64,000 nt of DNA from Planctomycetota bacterium. GTDB taxonomy: Bacteria; Planctomycetota; UBA8108; SXIK01. Shown here in pieces: positions 40,201 to 45,975 of the stretch. A program made the position numbers and the translations under genes. The stretch is from assembly GCA_965223845.1 (NCBI GenBank), contig CBDCXR010000004.1, positions 5,984,001 through 6,048,000 of the forward strand, written 5' to 3'. How positions within the stretch are numbered: position 1 is the stretch's first letter; every line of letters starts with the position of its first letter. The notes under the pieces are model-generated. The model made no database searches. It was not told the origin of the DNA and worked only from the letters and a program-made list of their open reading frames with translations.

Positions 40201-40661
40201 CCGATTCCTTCCTCGCCGTTTCCTCCGACGAGCGAGACTCGATTCGATGCGACGTCGAGGCGGAACACGCGACGCTGCTCTCGGTCGTAGATCCAGAGAT
40301 TGCTGCGGTCATCCACGGCGACGGGACCCGTTCGTTCGAATGCGGCTGCGGACGCATCGACGTCGCCGGCCCAGCTCGCCGGAACGCCAGTACCGAACGC
40401 GAGCGCGACGCTGCCGTCGCCGCGTAGCTCGTAGATCGCAGGTCCGCTAGCGAACCGAATTGCGACTCCCGGCGCGTGTGCGATCCCCGTCGGATCGACA
40501 CCGAGCTCATCGGCGAAGAAGGGGCCCGGCGGATGGCGATCGCCGGCGAGGGTCCGAATCACTCCGCTCTCTTCGGCCGCTAGTGAGCTGGCGCAAGCGA
40601 CAATGACGGGGAGAAGAAGTCGACGCACCGCCCGCGAGCAAAAGAACTGGGACGTCATCAT
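34230..40661 (-). CDS. Giant secreted multidomain protein: NHL propellers, 3x(IPT/TIG+PKD), S8 subtilase, Vgb-like propeller, C-terminal dockerin-like domain
   Basis: Signal peptide; GDGGPA..A.L..P NHL repeats; subtilase FLDSGV, HGTHAAG, AGNSG, KPDVVAPG, SGSSAASAHVSG; C-terminal FLRGDANQD...C.DSADVNTDG. Confidence 0.85.
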   Translation of the reverse strand: MMTSQFFCSRAVRRLLLPVIVACASSLAAEESGVIRTLAGDRHPPGPFFADELGVDPTGIAHAPGVAIRFASGPAIYELRGDGSVALAFGTGVPASWAGDVDASAAAFERTGPVAVDDRSNLWIYDREQRRVFRLDVASNRVSLVGGNGEEGIGADGDDARTEPIGEVSSMVVAPDGSLLFAEASTFRIRRLTADGRISTIAGTTGIADREDPVIAETPAREFLLGEITAIDLEMPWTLWIADATRRDVYAFDIDREIVLGSAVASDAGGAEGIEDLPPAFAYPTAIAVDAQARALYVADRICKREGDDCETTSLERVLRVGIDDAIVTPFAGGGAPADGLGDGGPATAARLGRVADLGVAADGTLRIADRLNRRLRAIGDDGIIRTVAGNGSTRFYDRGDSLAEALFACPSDLAMSSGLVWIADTENDRVRVIDPVAETIRTAAGGSSSLDGLGDGGPAELARLARPRGIAIGADGALWIADTGHARVRRVTGRNIETVAGGGTMAPGNGPVDALAAALQDPTDVALGPAGAWIADRSAGRIYLLSNGELSVYAGGGALEPRDVAGTDARLGLPSSLAADATGNLYIADEGLGAVFEIDAGRVIRTIGTAIDPAGLALDFSGALRVVDRARHQVVALGGGGEWIPLVGSGVPGASGDGGPANLAELRRPAAALYSPDGSHIFIADKGNERIRVVDIIRLEFGLDPRRGSVNGGQLAHIRSSSPVAADKVGVFFGDNASPSVRAIDETTLEVVVPAGRFPPETVPAVVTLSPGLEFPLGDYVYLNDAPVAAAHPQSSGAGYVVRAGDGLRLDGSASTDRNSPLGDVLVTYEWDVGGDGLFETSGVTPRLTAAGLAALGIRDLGVYPVILRVADSAGARDEDVTTVELTTIEVVPRSGSINGGYPVVISGPGLAGAKAVRFDGRAASLAIIDDVTIEAIVPTGRIPAGAVTVAVELEETTIFLAEGFTYLNDPPVARAMPIANEDGYATRLGRGLVLDGSSSSDPNVPAGDAIAGYWWDLDRDGEPDRRGAKVFIEAIELESFGLARVGEHRVELTVEDRMGAEGSSEAVIRVRARAETFPNDDYADWEGDRDGDRLDDAIDARRDSESIDIVVVFEAGSDLAAIADRLAPLAAHPPRTFPLISAVCLAGIRVEDVKQVLATETTIFRIEEDVTLEATLDISAAVLRAAPSDVHSPSTAHDLGITGAGVNIAFLDSGVDDDHPALAGKFVAGFDAFSDDPATAGSASNPDDDMDFIGVFHGTHAAGIACGRSSTSLGIAPDAKLVDVKVLNRFGQGTSATLLAGLQWCMNNRTTAWSGQPTAHRGIDVLNLSLSSTTRTDGKDAISMAVDAATAAGLIVVASAGNSGAGASGFGAPGAADGAITVAALDDGGTIDRADDAIYPPANFGPRLDDGDGDPTDEMKPDVVAPGVAILAPTGSVAPAPPLSYSELSGSSAASAHVSGVAALLLDAGESLDPGAVRTALRITAEPIGTPDEPLLDPAWNATYGTGLVDAYGALPVDLGIRHGVWSASSFDDAATFVALDDVTSDVVALEGPFRLGGGRKPLGIAVGGDGGVWLACRKNASVTKLNSAGQVRFRSDLASLVGALQDVDLIGIAVDAAGDAWVSLEKTGSVARVRADGQVDTALYAAGTRPVAVAIDRTGHIWIANAGSDDVTKLDSSGAELAGSPYAAGAEPSALVCDRAGRVYVANRGSDDVTILAGDGSTIGTFAAGLRPVEITLDIAGRIWVANDFEPTLTRLDADGTNLTTITLAPSLRGLSVSGDGDIWASQYAAGIGSTLFRLASDGTQISSELVGYAPLNRGDATGFVFANSVDPDGDLDGDGWSNSEEIDGGANAMSRASQPIEINDVVPSVGSVNGGYRVRIEGRGALGASEVRFGAALASELTPVPGGVEVTAPSGAFPPHDVDIFITRAEGTSFLAPNAFSYENDDPVADADPDDPNDGYTVLVGDDLHLDGTASSEPNSALGDGIVLYEWNFDGNIVAGPQPIVSHADLSSFGMGAQGNYSVELAVEDSVGGRGTEIINVHVVDPNSPEFLRGDANQDLRVDLADGIFVLNWLFSGEREPNCRDSADVNTDGDVDIGDPIFLFLYLFAAGEAPSAPFPDCAAGVVDVGCDLSACFGVP

Positions 40662-41015
40662 GGAAGCTCCGCGTCGCCGCCCGACGTCGCGGACGCGGCA
40701 TCGGGCGGCGATTTCGATTCGAGGGGGAAAGGGCTAGCGCGGGATCGAGAGCTCGTGTCCGCGCGAAGCGTGCTCCGACCGGCGAGGCCGACGGACGCGC
40801 AAAGAGTCGAGATTCCGATCGCGCTCGCTCGGAGGAACGACCCCGGCCGGCTCGTCTTCGCCGCGTCGGAGGCGACATCGCACGACGATCGAACGATCGC
40901 CGCCGTGTCCTCCGAGAAGGGGATCCAAGACGCAGCGATACGCCGGCTCGCGGTCATTCCACGAGCGGCCAACAGAGGTGGAAGAAGCTGCTGCTTGGAC
41001 GGTTGACCCCAGACA

Positions 41016-41154
41016 CTCCCGTCGTGCGGGAGGGCAAACAACCCGAACCTCACTGTAGTCGCAGGACGAAGGATCGGTCAACCCGAGGCGCGACAAGGAG
41101 TTGGCGAAGGCCTCGCGGTATGGGTTATGTTCAGAGGCTGCGATGGGACGGGAA
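41016..41154 (-). ncRNA. Candidate structured ncRNA, 6S (SsrS)-like
   Basis: Minus strand folds by eye as a rod: TCCCGTC/GACGGGA closing stem, CTGAAC/GTTCGG inner stem, asymmetric central bubble, CGAGGC/GCCTCG apical stem. It lies in a 690-bp intergenic gap. Strand and ends are uncertain. Confidence 0.4.
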
Positions 41155-41354
41155 CTCCACCCAGACGCGGTTCGTTGGCTGAGCGGCGCGGGATCCGCGG
41201 CCAGCTCTCGCGAATTCACCGCCCGCTTGTGACGCGGCGCGGCGGAGCGGAGAAGACCCATTCAGCGAACGTGAGCCCGGCGTGCGGGCGAACTGGAGAG
41301 CCGGGGCGCGAACGTTCCCTCCGGCGTCGGTCGATCGTTTTTTGAGGTGTCCAG

Positions 41355-41720
41355 ATGAAGAGACGCGAATTCAACAAACGCCTTCTCGGCGCGGCAGCGG
41401 GCGGGGTGTTCGCCGGCCTCACCGCCGGATGTACGAGCAACGGGACGGAAGAGTCGCCCGATGTGAGCGAGCTTCACATCTGTAAGGGCCACAACGATTG
41501 CAAGGGAAAGGGCGGCTGCAAGACGGGCGACAATGGTTGCGCGGGCAAGAACTCCTGCAAGGGAAAGGGCGGCTGCGCACCGAAGGACGCCCACCACGAC
41601 TGCAAGGGAAAGAACCTCTGCAAGGGACTCGGCGGCTGCGGCTCGGGCGACCAGGGCTGCGTCGGTAAGAACACGTGCAAGGGGAAAGGTGGCTGCGCGG
41701 TTCCCGTGAAGCCCATGTAG
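41355..41720 (+). CDS. Cys-rich bufferin (BufA2)-like RiPP precursor, predicted Tat lipoprotein
   Basis: MKRREF twin-arginine motif, lipobox-like TAGC, four CxGxNxCKGxGGC repeats; GAGGTG RBS; directly upstream of a DUF692 gene. Confidence 0.85.
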   Translation: MKRREFNKRLLGAAAGGVFAGLTAGCTSNGTEESPDVSELHICKGHNDCKGKGGCKTGDNGCAGKNSCKGKGGCAPKDAHHDCKGKNLCKGLGGCGSGDQGCVGKNTCKGKGGCAVPVKPM

Positions 41721-41816
41721 AGCGCGGCCCATTCCGCGTGAGTGAACGTTCGGGGGAAACGACCGGCCGAGGCGTTTCCCTCGAGCGTTGTTTCTGAAGT
41801 TGCGAGCGCCGTCGCC

Positions 41817-42701
41817 ATGCTGGCCAACAAGTGGAACCTTCCCGATCTCGGACTCGGGGTCGGCCTTCGGACGGTGCACTTCAATCACGTCCTCGCGGAG
41901 CGTCCGGACGTCGATTGGTTCGAAATCATCTCCGAGAACTTCATGGATACCGAAGGGCGCCCGATGTGGGTGCTCGACCAAGTGGCCGAGCGGTATCCGA
42001 TCGCGATGCACGGAGTTTCGCTTTCGATCGGTAGCACGGATCCGATCGACTTCGAGTATCTGCGAAAGCTGAAGAATCTCGCCGATCGCTGTGGCGCGGT
42101 GTGGCTCGGCGACCACGTCTGCTGGACGGGCGTCGCCGGGCGGAACGGGCACGATCTCTATCCGATTCCGTACAGCGAAGAATCCCTCGCGCACATCGTC
42201 GAGAGGATTCGCATCGTTCAGGACTATCTCGAGCGCCCGCTCGTCCTCGAGAATCCGTCGACGTATCTCACCTTCGCGTCGTCGACGATGACGGAGGAGG
42301 AGTTCATTGCGCGCATGGCGGAGGACGCCGACTGCGGGCTTCTTCTCGACGTGAACAACGTCTACGTCACGTGCCGGAACCACGACCTCGATCCCTTCCC
42401 CTTCCTCGATCGGATTCCCTACGAGCGCGTCGTTCAGATTCACCTCGCGGGGCATACGGATCACGGGACGCACTGCATCGACACGCACAACGATCACGTC
42501 ATCGATCGCGTGTGGGAGTTCTACGGCTACGTTCACGCGCGTACGGGCGGCCGCGCGACGCTGCTCGAGTGGGACGCGGACATTCCCGAGTTTCCCGTCG
42601 TTCACGCCGAAGTGCTCAAGGCGCGGCGGTTCCGAGAGGAAGTCGCGGTCGGTAGGGACGCAGCGGGCGAACCCGAGAGCGAGGGCGGTAGCGGTGGCTG
42701 A
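41817..42701 (+). CDS. bufB: DUF692 multinuclear non-heme iron oxidative enzyme (MNIO, BufB-like)
   Basis: GLGVGLR, WFEIISENF, HGVSLSIGS, DHVCW, ENPSTY, LLDVNNVYV, QIHLAGH, IDTH, LLEWD. Confidence 0.93.
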   Translation: MLANKWNLPDLGLGVGLRTVHFNHVLAERPDVDWFEIISENFMDTEGRPMWVLDQVAERYPIAMHGVSLSIGSTDPIDFEYLRKLKNLADRCGAVWLGDHVCWTGVAGRNGHDLYPIPYSEESLAHIVERIRIVQDYLERPLVLENPSTYLTFASSTMTEEEFIARMAEDADCGLLLDVNNVYVTCRNHDLDPFPFLDRIPYERVVQIHLAGHTDHGTHCIDTHNDHVIDRVWEFYGYVHARTGGRATLLEWDADIPEFPVVHAEVLKARRFREEVAVGRDAAGEPESEGGSGG

Positions 42702-43614
42702 AAAGGCGAGCGAGAATCGTCGGCGGAGGGACGACGCGGCGAGCGGCCCCGGCGCGGCGGCAGGCAGCCGTCTCGACACTCTCGAGCGCTGGTGGATGGA
42801 GGTGATCACGCATCCCGACGGGGTCGACGTCGGAAGCGCGACCCCGAGCGCCCGCGCGATCTTCGATCGGTCGGTCGAAGCGGTCGTCGAGCCGTCGCAA
42901 TCGCTCAGCTCCGAGGAGCGGCTCGGAATCTACTCGAGTATGTACTTCTCGCGCCTCTTCGAAGTGCTCGAGAAGGACTTTGCGGCGACGCGCGATGTGG
43001 TCGGCGTGGACGACTTTCGCCGGCTCTCCGCGGAGTACGTCATCCGACACCCGCCGTATCACTACAGCCTGAATCGTCTCGGCGAGTCGTTCGCAAAGTT
43101 CCTCCGCGACGAAGCGGACGATTGCCCTCATCGCGCGTTCGCGGCGGAGGTCGCTTCGCTCGAGCGTGTGATCGAAGAGATCTTCGACGCGCCGGAAGCG
43201 CCGGGGCTCGACGTCGACGCTCTTCTCGCGATTTCGCCCGAAGACTGGGGCGACGCGCGCTTTCGACTGATCCCCGCGTCTCGTCTTTGCGCGTTCGAGC
43301 ATCCGGTGAACGCGTTCTTCGAGGCGCGGCGTCGCGGGAAGCTGCTGGACGTTCCGCGACCGGAGGCGTCGTGGCTGGCGGTGTTTCGCCGCGACTTTCG
43401 CACGTGGCGGCTGCCGCTCGCGGAGGATCGCTACCGTCTACTCGCGGCGATCGCGGAGGGAAAGGTCCTCGGCGAGGCGATCGAAGATTGCCTCGAGTCG
43501 ACGGGGCTCACCGAAGACGAGCTTCTGCCTCAGCTCGAGCGCTGGTTCCGCGACTGGGCGGGCGAGGGACTCTTCGCGGGTGTCGAGGTCGCGGGCGCGG
43601 GGCGGCAGGGCTGA
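42694..43614 (+). CDS. DUF2063 (HvfC/BufC-like) MNIO partner protein
   Basis: RLGIYSSMYFSRLFEVLEKDF, HPPYHYSLNRLGESF, EVASLE; overlaps the MNIO stop codon. Confidence 0.85.
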   Translation: MAEKASENRRRRDDAASGPGAAAGSRLDTLERWWMEVITHPDGVDVGSATPSARAIFDRSVEAVVEPSQSLSSEERLGIYSSMYFSRLFEVLEKDFAATRDVVGVDDFRRLSAEYVIRHPPYHYSLNRLGESFAKFLRDEADDCPHRAFAAEVASLERVIEEIFDAPEAPGLDVDALLAISPEDWGDARFRLIPASRLCAFEHPVNAFFEARRRGKLLDVPRPEASWLAVFRRDFRTWRLPLAEDRYRLLAAIAEGKVLGEAIEDCLESTGLTEDELLPQLERWFRDWAGEGLFAGVEVAGAGRQG

Positions 43615-43639
43615 AGCCTCTCTGCCGGACCGGACGTCG

Positions 43640-44059
43640 TCAGCACGTCGAGTGATAGTGAATCGCGACTCGCACGCCTCGATCCTTGAGCTCGTTGTAG
43701 AGCTCGGCGGCTTCGCCACTCGGCAGCAGGTGCAGCGCGCAGCTTCGAATCGCCTTCACCCGATCGCTCGGCCGAACGACTCGATCCCACCCGAGGGCGA
43801 TGATGAGAACTTCGGGCTCGGGCTCGAGAAGCCACGCGACACTCTCATAGTCGAGCGAGTGCGTCTTCTCGACAGTGCGTACCTCTCCGTCGGCGCGGAT
43901 CTGGAGATCCGAGACGGGCCGCGGGATCCGGTCGAACGTCGTGAACGCGAAGCCGCTCCACCCGAAACGATCGGAGTCGTTCCCGAGAATCCAGATCAGA
44001 ACGACGACGAGGAAGAGCGCCGACGCGGCGAGAAGAACGCGTTTCCGCATCCGTTTCAT
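43640..44059 (-). CDS. Mth938-like (DUF498/AAMDC) protein with N-terminal membrane anchor
   Basis: PEVLIIALGW, EAAELYNEL and terminal HSTC are characteristic of Mth938-like domains. Confidence 0.75.
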   Translation of the reverse strand: MKRMRKRVLLAASALFLVVVLIWILGNDSDRFGWSGFAFTTFDRIPRPVSDLQIRADGEVRTVEKTHSLDYESVAWLLEPEPEVLIIALGWDRVVRPSDRVKAIRSCALHLLPSGEAAELYNELKDRGVRVAIHYHSTC

Positions 44060-44266
44060 ACGGGCGATCCTCTGCAGGGCCTAAGCCGGCCGAACCAAGG
44101 ACGAGTCCTGGGATGACTTCTTCTGATCTTGGGGCTTCGACCGTGGAACTCAAGCTCGCAAACGACGGGCGAAACGATCCTCCGGCCGTCCGTGCCCGCG
44201 CTTGTGAACCTGAGGACAGTGCCGCTGGGACGTCCGTTGCGCCGGTGATGCACGGCGCGGCGAACC

Positions 44267-45868
44267 TCACTCGTTTCCGCCGTTTCCTTCGCCGTCTCGC
44301 GCCGGCTGGAGCGCTCGAGTGAAGAGCGATTTGCCGTCGAGATCCTTCAGCTGCACCGTCATGACTCCGGTTCGACCGTCGATGTCGAACTGCCCGAAGA
44401 ACTGTAGGCCGGCAAACGGCGAGTAGTTCGGACCCGGGGGAGCTTTTTGGAAGACGACTTTCGGCCCGAACGTGTTGTCGAGTGCATTCGGTCCGAAGCT
44501 GCCGGCGTTCAGCGGACCCGTGACGAACTCCCAAAACGGCAGAAAGTCCCGAAACTGAGCTCGAGCGGGGTCGTAGTGGTGCGCGGCCGTGTAGTGGACA
44601 TCCGCGGTCACCCAAACGACGTTCTGAATGCGGTGTTTCTTGATGAAACTCAAGATGTCGGCGATCTCGAACTCGCGGCCGAGCACGGGGCCATCGCCGT
44701 TCGCGGCGTTCTCGAAGCGCGGGCGGCCTTTCGCGTCGACACCATCGCCGGCGAGAAGCCCGATCGGCATATCCGATGCGATGACTTTCCAAGTGGAGCG
44801 CGACGCCTTCAGGTTTCGCTTCAGCCACTCGATCTGCTCGCGGCCGAGCAACGCGGTATCGGGACCTGGCTCGGGCTGACGATTGAACGTGTTCGGGCCG
44901 CGGTAGCTCCGTTTGTCGATGACGAAAACGTCGAGGTGCCGACCGAACGGCACGTGGCGGTAGACGCGTTCGAGTTCCCTCAGGTCGAACGGACGCAGCG
45001 GCGCGTAATCGAGGAAGGCCTGGGTGCCGTAACCGATCAGCGTGGGAACGTTCTTCTCCTTGTAGCGATCGTCACTCGTCAGATCTTTCGAGTCCGACCA
45101 GTTGTTCACCACCTCGTGGTCGTCCCACTGCCAGAGCTGAGGCACCTCCGCGTTGAAGCGCCTCACGTTCTCGTCGAGCATGTTGTAGCGATAGCGACCG
45201 CGAAACTCGTCGAGCGTCTCGGCGACCTTCGCAACCTCGGGAGTCACGATGTTGCGCCACGTCTCGCCATTCTCGGCTTTCTGGGTTTCCGGGATCGGAC
45301 CGTCGGCGTACACGTTGTCGCCCGAGTGAATGAAGAAATCCGGCTGAGTTCGTCGCATCGTCTCGTAGATCCGCATCCCCCCAAACTCCGGGTTGATCCC
45401 CCAGCCCTGCCCGGCGGTGTCGCCGGAGACGAGAAAGCGAATATCGCGGCGTTCCCACGGAGCAGTACGAAAGTGACCGCCGACGGGATCGCTCACCTTG
45501 CGGTCGTTCGTCAGGTCCTGAAACCTCACCCGGGCGAAGACCTCGGTGTCCGCGGGAAGATGGGCGAGGTCGATCCGGGCGGTGTAATCGGTGCTTTCGA
45601 GCGCATGCGGTCCGCGAAGCGTCTTCGCGTTCTTGAACCGTTCGTCGAAATCGAACTCGACTAGCATCCGCGACGGGCGATCGGCGCGGCTCCAGACGAT
45701 CGCTCCGGTCTGGTGGACGTCGCCGATCTGAATGCCGTGCTCGAGACGCGGAGCCGACAGCGCCCCGATTCCGGGCCGACCCACGGTCGGCACAACCGCG
45801 GAGCCGAGCACGGCGCCGCTGAGCGACTTGAGAAATGTGCGACGAGAGCGTCTGCGGTTCGTCTTCAT
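44267..45868 (-). CDS. phoD: Alkaline phosphatase D, Tat-exported
   Basis: SRRTFLK Tat motif; HSGDNVYADGP, QWDDHEV, TADVHY motifs. Confidence 0.93.
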   Translation of the reverse strand: MKTNRRRSRRTFLKSLSGAVLGSAVVPTVGRPGIGALSAPRLEHGIQIGDVHQTGAIVWSRADRPSRMLVEFDFDERFKNAKTLRGPHALESTDYTARIDLAHLPADTEVFARVRFQDLTNDRKVSDPVGGHFRTAPWERRDIRFLVSGDTAGQGWGINPEFGGMRIYETMRRTQPDFFIHSGDNVYADGPIPETQKAENGETWRNIVTPEVAKVAETLDEFRGRYRYNMLDENVRRFNAEVPQLWQWDDHEVVNNWSDSKDLTSDDRYKEKNVPTLIGYGTQAFLDYAPLRPFDLRELERVYRHVPFGRHLDVFVIDKRSYRGPNTFNRQPEPGPDTALLGREQIEWLKRNLKASRSTWKVIASDMPIGLLAGDGVDAKGRPRFENAANGDGPVLGREFEIADILSFIKKHRIQNVVWVTADVHYTAAHHYDPARAQFRDFLPFWEFVTGPLNAGSFGPNALDNTFGPKVVFQKAPPGPNYSPFAGLQFFGQFDIDGRTGVMTVQLKDLDGKSLFTRALQPARDGEGNGGNE

Positions 45869-45975
45869 TGAATCCCTACCTTGAAACGCGACACAGATCG
45901 ACTCACTCCGGACGCCAACGCCTCGGAACGGGCGCGAGCTCCTCGCTCTAGGCTAGAGCCGGGTCCGAACGTCGC

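Noticed and set aside
40658-41053. 131-aa minus ORF overlapping the giant protease start
   Set aside because: No RBS or protein-like features, and it overlaps the structured RNA candidate; cannot be supported.
41028-41060. GGGCAAAC suggesting a c-di-GMP-I riboswitch
   Set aside because: The following GNRA-capped P2 stem and GCAAA/receptor elements are not present.
41229-41256. Possible ECF-type promoter (TGTGAC...GAGAA) before the RiPP precursor
   Set aside because: Too weak a match to call without the cognate sigma factor or TSS data.
41480-41700. Short direct repeats (TGCAAGGG...GGCGGCTGC) resembling a mini CRISPR array
   Set aside because: In-frame coding repeats of the Cys-rich precursor; no cas genes; intervening sequences are themselves related.
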